From NCBI GenBank assembly GCA_017499595.2, contig CM039001.1:3038001-3102000 (forward strand): DNA of 64,000 nt, given 5' to 3'. This document shows positions 37,744 to 50,151 of the stretch, in pieces. Source of the stretch: Psilocybe cubensis. Its lineage: Eukaryota. Each line of letters opens with the position of its first letter. Position 1 is the stretch's first letter. The notes beneath the pieces were generated by a model. The model ran no database searches. It saw only the letters and a list, made by a program, of their open reading frames with translations, and was not told the DNA's origin. Position numbers and translations under genes: made by a program.

Positions 37744-38391
37744 ATGGCCAGAACTAAACAATCTGCTCGAAAATCGACGGGAGGTATGAAATCGATTAAT
37801 CCATCAATGCGGCACGGAACCTGACTTTCAGCCAGGGAAAACACCTCGAAACCAAATTCTAGAACACATTGTATCCAAAACTCCTAGGGATTCAGGTTCG
37901 CAAGTGGCAAAAAAGACCACCAACAACTTCGTAAGATATTTCTCTAAATTTCCTTCTGTAAACATTAACCAATATCCTTCCTGTCTTTAGGCAAAAAAAT
38001 CGGTTTCCTATGGGGGAGTGAAGAAACCACATCGTTTCCGCCCTGGCACCGTTGCTCTGCGCGAAATCCGTCGCTATCAGAAGTCCACTGAGCTCCTTAT
38101 TCGCAAGCTTCCGTTTCAGAGACTTGTGCGAGAGATAGCTCAGGATTACAAGGTGTGTCATTTTCTTTTTTCATACACTTGACATAACAATAGCGTTATA
38201 ATTCAAAATCCATCTAGACAGACTTGCGGTTCCAGTCGTCTGCTATCATGGCACTTCAGGAGGCATCCGAGGCTTATCTTATTTCGCTGTTCGAAGACAC
38301 TAATCTAGCTGCTATCCACTCTAAAAGGGTTACCATTATGCCAAAGGATTTATACTTAGCCCGGCGCCTCCGCGGAGAAGTTCGCCATTAG
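37744..38391 (+). CDS. Divergent histone H3 variant with altered and extended N-terminal tail (4 exons; not represented on its own strand in the ORF track)
   Basis: Exons 37744-37783, 37836-37930, 37991-38152 and 38218-38391 give [156 protein letters not shown]. All introns are GT-AG and the frame is intact. Confidence 0.93.
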
Positions 38392-40361
38392 ACATACAGC
38401 ATTCTCCAATGTGCGGTAGTCAAATTTTATAACATAAATGCATTCCAAAACTCGGATGGCTCATTTTCTCACTACTATCGTAGCTCCCAGGGACGAGAAA
38501 CGGTGCTTAATTTTACTGTTGTCGATGACATGCCTTTAGGAACAGCCTTGAAATTTACTCGCCGAGGTCATTAGTACCATGCGGACAAAGGACATCGCAT
38601 CCCGACTACTTTTCAGCTACCGTTAGCATTTGCTCTCTAAGTGCAAAAAGCACCCTACCTCGGTCACTTGCCGTGTATGCTTGCAAGCTAATAAAGATAC
38701 CTTTTATTCCATTAGACTATAGTATTAAATCCTTTAGCGTAATGGTAACCCTTTTGGTATCCTAACCCTTCCAATCGCATGCCTCGACTCCAACAAGGTC
38801 GATTATCGGGCTTTGGGGCTAAGTATTCTGTATGCCTTGTAAAGCGAGAAGGGATCCTGGATATAGATTTTGTACAAAATTTACTTTTTCAATATTATAA
38901 TTTGTCGACATCGGAAAGCCGGACAGAGTAATCCGAGGAAGCGTCAATCGGACATTTAGATGTTGTCATTAGATTACATGGAAGCGATGAGAGAAACCAC
39001 AACTAACAACCTCGTCGACATTTCAAATTTCAACTCTTCCCAAACTATACCACTCTCTTTGAATCGTCAACGGTTCATGACTTGGTCAAGCTCTGCCATT
39101 TATAATGGCGTCTCTTCAGCATTCCTTCGAGTTTGCCTTCATACGAATTTTGATCTGGGTGCCAAGTAGCACTATGCCGGCGGATTAAAATTTTCTGTTT
39201 GTTCCTTGAGTCTGAAAACTACTACCACGTGTGATGTTACCCCACCTCCACATACAAATCCCCAGATGGCGTACTGCTAATGCGGCTAACATGGTCCGTT
39301 CTTCTTTCTTCGCCTTCCATCTCCCTCCACTGGGTAACGGTACTTTTACGGTATTAGCATCTCGATTAAGTATATCTTAGCCTTGACATAGAGCGAAAGC
39401 AAACCAAAAACTGGAGTTTGAAGCAACCTTTTACGAAAAAAGCTGTTGAGAGAAAGTTCAACGGTGACCATACACCTCGACAAGGACAATATATGAAGTC
39501 TTCCCCTAGGCTCCGCGCAATTTGTTTTTTCATCGATAATCTGTTCCTGTTTGCCTCGGATGCGTGTTTAACTAATTAAAGTTTTAAATTTTAGAGGTGG
39601 CAATATACCCTGTCCAGTTGTCGGAGTCCTAATATCGAACAAGCGCTTTCGAGTCCCAACTGCGTCTATCCGGGTCTACCGTTTCCTACACACTACTGAC
39701 TTCAGATCGATCTACCTAAATCAGAAAAGATGAACAGAAATTTTATAAGATTGACTTGATAAAGTCGCGGCTATAGACGTTACGCGTCCGGGAGGTTCTC
39801 TGTGCCAGAGGTAATATCTATGGTCCGACGGTTCCCCGAAAGTTGTGTGTGATCCAAGCACGCACTAAATTTAAGTCCCACGTGTACTTCACGTTTCCAA
39901 GAACTCTGTCGTCACCGGTTCGACTGGTTGATATCAACCAAACTTACATCCCGACTCATTTCTAAGCCCAAATACCTATATCTTCTCTCACAAATCCTTC
40001 CATCTTATCGGATTCAATGATGGCTATGGGTCCCATGACCTTCAAATTTTAGCGCCATTGGGCACTCAGTCGTAAGCTGGCTTGTCAAATGATCAAATCG
40101 GCATTAGAGAACGTGAAACGAAATTGCTCCCCAGAGCAAACTCAACCTCTGTGGTCACCGAGAACTCTACCAAGGCAGCGTTAGGTCGGAGTCTCATGAT
40201 ACTCTGCAATATGCGTAATTTATTTTCGATCGTATTCGTTTTTGCAAAGCGGACACCTCGAAATCGCAAGCACCGGAAGGACAGTGAAGTAAATGAGTTA
40301 AATACCGAGTTGTTTCTGCGAATGTAACAAGCTGTTCGCCCACTGCCTTTGGTTTTTCAGG

Positions 40362-42985
40362 ATGCGCTTGCTTACGCTGTCTGCTTTCTTTGCGCTACTC
40401 CCGTACGCTCTTACGAGCCCGGTTTTCCACAACTCCACTGTTCACGATGATATCAATGCGCGTGCGCCATCCAGCTCTAAGTCTGTCATCATTCAAATGT
40501 TCGAGTGGAACTGGGACAGCATCGCTGCGGAGTGCACAAATTTTATAGGACCCGCTGGCTATGGTTATGTTCAAGGTGAATATTGCATGCTTTCCCGTAA
40601 CTTGACTAATATTGTATCTAGTTAGTCCTCCTCAAGAACATATCAAAGGATCTCAGTGGTGGACAGACTACCAACCCGTCTCCTACATCCTGACTTCAAA
40701 ACGTGGAAATCGAGATCAGTTCAAAAAGTATGAATCTTCTTCCTTGAAATGTATAAACCTGTTCATTTTGATCCCAGCATGATTTCAACATGCCATGCAG
40801 CTGGAGTCAACGTTATTGTCGGTAAGCATGCCTTTTCGTTTATTATTCATTATTTCTGAAATATGTTGGCTAGACACTATCTTCAATCATATGGCTGGGA
40901 TCGACTCCGGCACCGGCACAGCAGGAAGCTCCTTCACACAATACGTCTATCCTGGAATTTATCAGTACCAGGTCAGTTTCTCTTTTCTGTTCACCGCCTA
41001 TTGTCTCATCACGGTCTACTTAGGATTTTCATCATTGCGGCCTTACAAAGGGAAATGATATTGTCGACTATTCCAATCGCTACCAGGTGCAAAATTGCGA
41101 GTTGGTAAATTTGTCTGAGTACGTTTCAAAACGTTGCGTCAATTTGTTGTGCAACTAACACCATTGTAGCCTTGCAACTGAGACGGAATACGTTCGTTCG
41201 CGTTTAGCTGCCTACGCTAACGACTTGTTGTCGTTGGGGGTTGATGGGCTCAGACTCGATGCTGCGAAGCGTAGGCACCATTTTTAACCTATGGCGCGGT
41301 ATACTCACCCGCTTTACAGATATTCCAGCCGGGGATCTAGCGAACATTGTGAACAGGCTTTCACGCCGTCCTTATATTACCTCCGAGGTAATTTGGGGTG
41401 GTGGGGAACCCATTCAACCTTCAGAGTACACAGGCATAGGTGAATGGTGTCTATAATATATCTCTTGCAACATTTTTAACTGGTAAAATTAGGCGACGTT
41501 CAAGAGTTCGTGGAATAAGTTTCCATAATGACGTCATGTAGAATAACTCGTTCTATTTTTAGATTCCGGTACACCACTGCCCTCAAAGACTCGTTTTTGG
41601 GCGGAGGAATTTCGAATCTGCAAAATTTGGAAAATAGAGGTGAGTTTCTGGTATATAATTTATAACTAATCTTAAATCATTGTGGTACAGGCTGGGTATC
41701 CGGATCGCAAGCAAACGTCTTTGTCGCTAACCATGATACAGAGCGGGTTAGCTATAATTTTATCGACACATTCGCCCTGGATATTGAAATGCTTAACCAC
41801 AGAACGGCGCCTCCTTAACTGTTAACTCCCCTTCTAATACCTACATTACCTCTCACGTATTTTCTCTCGCCCACCCTTATGGAACTCCTACCATCCTTTC
41901 AAGCTATTCGTTCGGAGGACATGAAGAAGGGGCTCCTAATGGAGGTATATAAAAAAGTTCATCGATATAAACAAATCTCACACCGAATACTCCAGGGGTT
42001 GCATCATGCTCATCGACGGGAGGTTCCGGAGGTTGGCTCTGCCAACATCGCTATATTGCTATTAGTGGCATGGTCGGTTTCCGCAACAATGTTGGCTCAG
42101 CGGGCCTAACAAACTGGGTTTCTCCTCAATCCAACAGAATTGCTTTCGGAAGAGGTATATCACTTGTTGAAGCATGCATTCCGCTTCACTCATCTGTATT
42201 AAATCTAGGCGCCCTTGGCTTCGTAGCCATTAATAATGCCGATTCTGCATGGAGCACTACATTTTCAACTTCTTTACCTTCGGGGTCGTACTGCGATGTG
42301 ATTAGTGGGAAAAGCTCCTCAGGATCTTGCACTGGCAACACGTATGTCTTGGTAAATTCCATGTATACTGACTTTAACCGAACTATTTTTATAGGATTAG
42401 TGTTTCCAACGGCCAATTCACAGTTACCGTTCCCGCTCGAAGCGCTGTCGCCATTCATACCGGTGCCACAAGTTCTTCTCCTGGAACTGTTGACCCTGGC
42501 ACTGGCAATCCTAATCCCGGACCTGTTTCCGTGACATTCCAAGTCACTGCCACGACAACATGGGGCCAGGTAACTATATTTCTACTGCTTGTGTTAAATG
42601 TGCTTCCTGATTCTGATACATTTTTGAAGAATATTTTCCTCGTTGGAAGCCTCTCGCAACTTGGATCTTGGACCGCAGCTTCAGCGGTAATTCTACAATC
42701 TCACCACGATTTTTTGTTTAACTCACACAAGCACCAACTTACTCATAGGTCGCTCTTTCGTCTGCAAATTATCCTGTGTGGAGCGCGACAGTTTCAATTC
42801 CTGCGGGCACGAGCTTCGAATACAAGTTCATTAAGAAGAATTCAGACGGAAGTGTACGCACATACGATTACGTTGTTGTTCATTTAACTCACTTTCTCTC
42901 TTTATAGATTAACTGGGAGTCAGATCCCAACCGCCAAGCAACTGCTTCTGGAGGAGCACAGACTTTGTCCCAGTCCTGGAGATAG
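40362..42985 (+). CDS. Secreted GH13 alpha-amylase with C-terminal CBM20, about 16 introns
   Basis: Signal peptide; [63 protein letters not shown] (nucleophile Asp); YITSEVIWG (acid/base Glu); [20 protein letters not shown]20 [38 protein letters not shown]. Confidence 0.93.
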
Positions 42986-44578
42986 AAGCACATGAATTGA
43001 ATTACCGTACAAATGTATAATTAACAAGACCGGCGTATGCCGGCTCGACTATGAAACTTGTGACTTATAAACATCTTTCGAAGTCGGAAGACTGAGTGAT
43101 TCCACTACTAAATGCATTCCTATCTCGTTCGGTGACAATTCTAGAAGTATCAACAAATAGCTTGGTAGGGCCGTAGTAATGGTAGAAAAGCTTCGCTGAC
43201 AAACCTACAGCCATTCCATCATACTCTGAGCTCAAACAAGTCATTTTATGATCCAATAGAGACTTGCGAGATACTTCGATAAAGGCGACAACAATAGGAG
43301 ATGCGTTTCCAGAATCACGGCGTAGTTGGCGAGAAACGAAGGGCACATATTCTTAGCCTCGCGTATCTCCAGAGAAAGGTCAGTAGGTTGATGTCAGGCC
43401 CGAAAGAAGGGAAATGGGTAGAACAAAAAAACACCTGATGCATGCTGTGAGGCTTCAAGCGCGGATCGAAGACCGGGGAAATAGAGAATCAATATAATGT
43501 CACTGTATGCCGTCATCCAAAGCATCTCTCGTGAATTATCATCATGATCAAAAAAAAAAAAAACCAGCGCGCCCCAAATATTCCAGTATTGCCAAAAATG
43601 TAACGTTGACCTGTAGCAATAAATGTCGAGAAAACCTCTAAGTAGCGGCAGTCGGCTATGGTGGAGCGCTTAATTTGAGCGGTGGTGGCCCTAAGTGTAG
43701 TCCCTTAATATTCTTGAACCTCATGAAGCTTTTCCTATGATATGAAAGGATCGATGGAGCTAACCCAATAAATTATTTTAAAACTCTGGAATCCCTTTTC
43801 CCAACGGTAAGTTAACACCTCGCGATCGTCGGAAAAGTATGCCAGCCTGATGATCAATGTACATGTACCGTGAATACATTTGAAGGAACCCCGATTCGGA
43901 GCCGAGCTTCTGTCATCGCAGGTATGGTTATGAACAGCCTCAGGAAGTTAGAACCATGTATTTGAGGCAGTGCGCACCACTTCGGTAGACCTCGGTACTT
44001 AGCTTCTAGGATGCTAGCAGTGAAAGTGGTTGGAAACTTGAAACATAGGTGGGAAAATTTGGCGCCAACGTCATTCGGCAATCACCCGACCTGCTTAAAA
44101 AGGGAATTATTTCTGTTTATGGTATAGTAGTATGTGGCCATTCGCGGAGAATACTCGGGTCCATGAAAGTGGAACCAGCAGACAAAGTGCTAAAAGGCAT
44201 AGAGGTGCACGACTAGATCTTGATTTAAATATCACATTTAATTGACCGTACGGTATTTATCTTCTCTGATACACAACTTGAAGTGCTTTGAATTGACATA
44301 CCAGGTAGTATACCCTTTGCTTACGTATACGTTCTTCCCGCAAATAGATAATGGTTTAGCAGAAAAGACCGAATGTACGTACATATTCTAAACACCCAAG
44401 CAACAGATGAAGTTAAGCGCAGAGAAAATAAATATTACAGACGCAGATTTTGCATCATGCGCAGCGGGCAGGCAATGACAAAACAATGCATGGGTATCAT
44501 CCATAGGTATACAATGCGTCGGGTGTCTAGCGTGGTGCGTCCTTGTCACTCTTCTGTGTTTCAAAAAGTTTTGTTAAA

Positions 44579-46776
44579 TTATAGTTCGTCCTTTTTCTTG
44601 CCATTTCCGTTCTTCTTATCTTCCTCGGGTGGAAGGCAGAGCGCTGGAGAAGTTCCTGTGATCTCGTATTCACATTTCTCGAGCTCTTGCACAGTCAAAA
44701 GAGCGTTTTCAACTCCACATGATAGACGGAGCTGTTTAGAAAAAAGGGCCGTCGAATCCTGTCCTCGTATATAAATTATGAAGAGAGGAGACTTACAACA
44801 ACATTACGCTCCGGACCGTTCCAGCATCTTGTGCCGTGTTTGTAAACTTGCTTTTGATAGAATTCTGGTTGACCTGGTTGAACATCTGAAGACGGGTTCC
44901 AAGATTCAAATTTGCTATGAAAAGAGTGTGAGTTTCGAGATAGTAACATGAATCGTACACATATAAAATCTACTCACCCAAGACTGAATGTTGTTCCGCC
45001 GTTGTTGGGCTTCTGCTTGACTTCATTGAAGAGGCAAACCTCGTATGTGTAGCTAAGCGATGTCAATCAGCATTCGGTAAGCAACCCATAACGAGTCGTT
45101 CACTCACTCTCCTGTATCCTTCTCGAGGCAGGTACCGTCAAGCTTCTTCCATTCTCCTTTAGCACCGAAACCATTAATGTTGAAGATTTCTTTAATATCA
45201 TTCTCCTTTGTGTCCAACTCAGTCCTCATGCGATCCAGTTCGTTCTTGGCGTCGTTGTATGCTTGTTGAGCACGCGATGAGTCGGCTACAAAAATCATTT
45301 AGGTGATAGAAAGGAGATAGAGAATAGGACTGGTTGGTTACCTGCTCCATCATCGCCGCGTACAATACCAAACTTCTGCAGCCAAGACACAAGGGTATCT
45401 TTGACATCCTCATAGACAGGGATGAACGAATCTGGAAGATATGCAGCGAGCTCAAAGACTAATGAACAATGACGTCAGCAATAGCTTTCAGCATGTGCGA
45501 GGCTCCTCACGAATTGAGCCCTCCTGGGGGCCATTAATATATTCTTCGTGTTCAAGTAAAAGGGAGAGATAATCAGTGCTGATGAGCCCATCAAGCTGAT
45601 GTTCAAGTTGCCCGGCATCCCACATGCCCTCCTCCAGGGCCTCCTCTTCCTCTTCGTCTGATTCATTTTCAGAGGGCTTCTCCGCTTCAGAATCTTTGCC
45701 AACGTCGTTAATATGAGGAAGTTTGGCGAGCTCTTCCCATCCGCGAACGGCTTCGAGAACCGCCATGTCCTGGTAGTTGGGATTGTAGCCAGTGCGAAGA
45801 GCATCAAGGATCTGGCCTAGGGCTTTCTCGCGTTCAAGGTGTTTCTTGTGTTCCCGCTGAAGTGATTTGAGGGCATTGTTGTGGATGATTAATGACTTGT
45901 ACAGAGCTGTTTAACCATTAGAACGAAATTGAAGGATTGTGTTAAGGGACATAGGGCATACGCGATTCTTTCTTGTGTTCCAAAGCAGCTTGTGAGAGTG
46001 ATTCGGTCCGTTCGGCGATATCTACGAGCAAATATTTTAAACGGGTACCCCTTATCTGTGCATATGACTTACCTTGAAGACGATCAACCTCCTTTTCCTT
46101 TGCTTTGATCTCTTCAGCCAATCTTTCTACTTCTCCTTGGAGACGTTTCTTTTCCTGATGCGCAAATGCAATGTAACCGGACCGAACTTTAGCACCCTAT
46201 TGATAAACAGATGAATAAGATTCATTGGAGAGGCTTGGTCTCCTTACGGCTCTTTGCAACTTCAATTCCGCGTCTCGCTTCTTCCTATACTCTTCTCCAA
46301 TTTCCTTACAAAGATTGGGGCAGACTCCTGGCTGTTCATCGGATCCGTCGCAACACTGCGTTTCTGAACTTCGAGTAAGACTAAACATAGTGCTCAATGT
46401 CGCCTAATTCGTACCACATAGTCCGTCATTAACCCTCGAACTTGAAATGAACTCGCCGATGTGTCCTTCGTTCTGACAATAGAATTTATTATTCGGGCAT
46501 GCAGAGGTTCCTGTAATGAAGATAATAAGTAGCCAAAATCGCCAGATAAATGATCCCAATCCGACCTGGCTCATCGCTGCCGTCTGGACAGTCACAAGAG
46601 TCGTCGTTAACGAAATCCCAGGGAATTTCCTTGGAACCATCCAGGCATTTCCAAGTATTCGTTTTTGCTATTGGAACATATTTGGAGAGTAGGTTGGGAG
46701 ATACTCCGAGAGTCTTTGTTGGTTTAGAAAACGCAGATAGCGGTAGAGAACAGAGAAGTAGAGCCCAAGGAACCAT
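44579..46776 (-). CDS. GTB1: Glucosidase II beta subunit (GTB1/PRKCSH), multi-exon
   Basis: Signal peptide [11 protein letters not shown]; LDLa-like [30 protein letters not shown] and CCDGSDE; MRH domain [43 protein letters not shown]-terminal KDEL*. Confidence 0.93.
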
Positions 46777-46936
46777 GGCCAGTGTGCTAGACGAGGGAAC
46801 CAATTTCGATCGACGTGTCCCAGTCGCGTCGGTGTCTTGGCTGTCGATTATGTAATCCGACCAAACAAGGCACGCACAAGGTCTTCCTTGCAAGACCGCT
46901 CTGTCTGGTGCTCATCATCGACGGTCCAACTCTACT

Positions 46937-47471
46937 ATGGTGAGTAGCTCTTCGCCCTCTTTATGCTCGCGGAAGGCTGCCGGGGTGTCGTACGAATGGA
47001 TAGATATCGAATGAAGGCACATTTGCCTCGATTTCAGCTGGATGCCACTTTTCGGATTTGGATGAACTTGGGATGAAATGGATGTTGACTCTTTTTGATC
47101 CTCTAGGCCAAAGCAAAAGCAGCCCCCGCTGCGTCCAGCGGTGGTAAATCCGCGAAGAAGAAGAAGTGGTCCAAGGGAAAGGTCAAGGATAAGGCCCAGC
47201 ACGCCGTCTCGCTCGACAAGGCCACCTACGACCGTATCATGAAGGAAGTCCCCTCCTTCAAATTCGTCAGTCAGAGCATCCTCATCGAGCGTCTCAAGAT
47301 CAACGGATCGCTCGCTCGTGTTGCTATCAGACATCTCGAGAGGGACAAGCTCATCAAGCGGATCGTGCACCACTCCGCACAGCTCATCTATAGTGTGTAT
47401 CGCCTACCGACGCAAGGTTGAAAGTTTCTGACAATTTCACTTATTTAGCTCGCACCACATCACAAGAGTAG
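46937..47471 (+). CDS. RPS25: 40S ribosomal protein eS25 (3 exons; first coding exon is ATG only)
   Basis: ATG|GTGAGT intron at 46940-47106; [67 protein letters not shown]. Confidence 0.96.
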
Positions 47472-47877
47472 ATGCACCCTTACACTTTTTCCGCTCTCGT
47501 TATGCTTGCTAGGCTATATGTATTCCACTCAATGCACACCACATAAAATCGCAAATGGCAAAACACACTCTATTCGTGAATCCTGAGTAAATTTTCCTGC
47601 CAAGTAGAGTACGTCACATCAAAACTGCTAAATGACCGTACCTACGTCTGAGTCGGTCTTATGTGGTATTGTCAATTTGTGTACTCACAAATGTGTACCA
47701 TCTGGTTCTGATCATGCGACCTGAGTTTCTCTAAATTTGCAAGAGATAGCAAGCCGGACCGACACCCTTCCTTCATGATATCAGAGCTCTCAATAACGCC
47801 TCTTTCCTTTACACTGATCCCACCTTTTGGTCTCCCTTTGTCAACTATTCCTGCGCAACTCTGCCCAGCGCTAAATA

Positions 47878-50151
47878 ATGATAGGATTTAACGTGGGCGA
47901 TTCTAGTTATTACATCGGTATTGACGTGGGCACAGGCTCCGTCCGGGCATGCCTGGTCGACAATAGCGGTCAAGTCAAATCAATATCAACACAGAATACC
48001 AAGACCTGGCGTGATTCACACGACAGCAATATCTTCGAGCAATCGACGACGGACATATGGGCAGCAGTAGGCATTGTCATCAAGGCATGCTTGAAGGAGA
48101 CGGGTCGCTCCTGCCTCAGTTAAGGGTTTGGGATTTGACGCTACGTGCTCGTTGGCCGTTACAGATTTTGAGGGTGAGCCTATAGCGGTCACAAAGGGCG
48201 AGACCCTTGGGAGGCATGGGGAAAGGAACGTCATTCTTTGGGCAGATCATCGCGCAGAAGCAGAGGCTAATTTTATCAATGGCACTGGATCAATCGTTCT
48301 GGATTATGTTGGGGGCAAGATGAGTGTAAGTCGTTTTCGTACTTGTGAAATATTTGCATATCGATTATTCTAAACTTTGCCAGTTGGAAATGGAAATTCC
48401 AAAAATTCTGTGGTTGAAGAGGAATATGGATCCCCAGTTGTTTGCAAGATGCCAATTCTTTGATCTTCCGGACTTTCTGACGTATCGCGCAACGACGGAT
48501 AGCGCACGGTCGTGCTGCTCTCTCACTTGCAAATGTTCTTACGTGCCTACAACTGGCTGGCAGAAGGATTTCTTCAAGCAGATCGGACTGCAGGAGCTTG
48601 TTGAAAGGGATTATGCACAAATTGGCGTCCGGGAGGGCGACGAAGTATTGATCGCTGGAATGCCAGTAGGTCAAGGTCTTTCAAATACGGCGGCAAAAGA
48701 ACTGGGCTTGGTTCCCGGAACCCCCGTTGGAAGTGCACTCATTGATGCGTAAGTTTTTGTGTCTTTCTTTATCGCCATTTGCACGCTTTTGTGACTGCGA
48801 TTCCAGGTATGCAGGTTGGTTGGGCACCATTGCAGCGCGCTATACGGAGAATGGCGTACTTTCGAATGAAATCCCGTCCATAGAAGAATCTGGGAGACGA
48901 TTGGCCGCAGTTGCTGGCACGAGCACATGTCATATTGTACAGGTGAGGTTCTACCTTGCCATGAGCGCCGTATACCCATCCTCAAATGTTTTTGCAGAGC
49001 CAAAAAGGTATCTTCGTTGATGGAGTATGGGGCCCGTATAAGGTTACTTTATTGTCTCTCTGAAACGAAACTTGTTTAAGATCTGGATTAGGACCCTATC
49101 ATCAATGGATGGTGGATGAACGAAGGAGGACAATCCTCTACCGGCCAGGTCTGCTTCTATGTTTTTCATCATCTGTAGCCAGTTCTAAGGTGGACGTCAT
49201 CAGCTCATTGATTTCGTACTAACAAATCATCCTGCATATCCTGAAGCTGTCAAAATCGGGAAAGAAGAAGGAAAGAATGTACATACGCGTGAGTGATTCA
49301 TCTTGTAATGCATTTCTGTTGATTTAATATTGTGCTTCTGCGAGTAATAGTTATCCAAGAGCGTCTTGAAAGACTAAGAACCACTTACAAAGTGGACACG
49401 TTCACCGAGTTGACCAAGGACCTACACATATACCCTGATTTCCATGGTACAAGAATTAAACCTTATTTTGGGCGTTAAAATGTATCGCCTCATCTTCGTT
49501 CGTTCTAGGAAACAGGTCTCCAATTGCTGATCCCCGTATGAGAGGAGTTATGTTTGGAATGGAATTGGTATGGTCGTCGCTTCCAAGAACATTAAAATTC
49601 TACGCTAAACGTTGTCTGTCCAGGACAACTCGCTGAATGACCTTGCCAAAAAGTATCATGCCACACTTATGGCAATTGCATTGCAGACGCGTCATATTGT
49701 CGATACGCTCAACAGTTCGGGCCATCAGATCGCGTCTATCTTCATGAGCGGTGGTCAGGCGCAAAATAGACCACTGATGCAGCTCTTTGCGGATGTTTGT
49801 GGAATGCCTGTTGTGCTCCCGGCGAACAGTGACCAGGCTGTGTGCTTGGGTGCTGCCATGCTCGGTCGATTCGCCGCGGAATTTGGAAATTCAGGGAAAG
49901 AAGAACAGGCAAAAAAGTTGTGGGAAATCATGGTGAGTCTGATGTCATAGCAAATGTGATGATCCTTGTTGTTGATTGCCTATTTCGTTTTGCTTGTGTT
50001 CTAGGTCGAGATGACTCCCGCTGGTACAATGATATCCCCTAGTTGCGATGCGAAAGAGAGGAAACTGCTGGAAGCGAAATTCAAGATTTTCTTGGAGACC
50101 ATTCAAATACAGAAGCGCTGGCGACAGGAGATGCAGGAAGCTTCAAAGTAA
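47878..50151 (+). CDS. FGGY-family carbohydrate kinase (pentulose/D-ribulokinase-like), multi-exon, with an apparent frameshift at about 48102-48104
   Basis: YYIGIDVGTGSVRACLV; FEQSTTDIW; GLGFDATCSLAV; NVILWADHRA; LEMEIPKILWLK; FFDLPDFLTYRAT; AAVAGTSTCH; GVWGPY; NEGGQSSTGQL; PDFHGNRSPIADP; IFMSGGQAQN. Confidence 0.9.

Noticed and set aside
37744-38391. Centromeric H3 (CenH3/Cse4) as the identity of the long-tailed H3
   Set aside because: It keeps the canonical ARTKQ/ARKSTGGK start, Q68, F84 and T107 equivalents and a normal-length loop 1 (AQDYKTDLRFQ), all of which CenH3 typically changes.
48067-48124. An intron (GTAGGC..TAAG) that would bypass the FGGY frameshift
   Set aside because: It would restore the frame but remove about 20 residues that read as a normal FGGY helix, and it needs an atypical AAG acceptor with no clear branch point.
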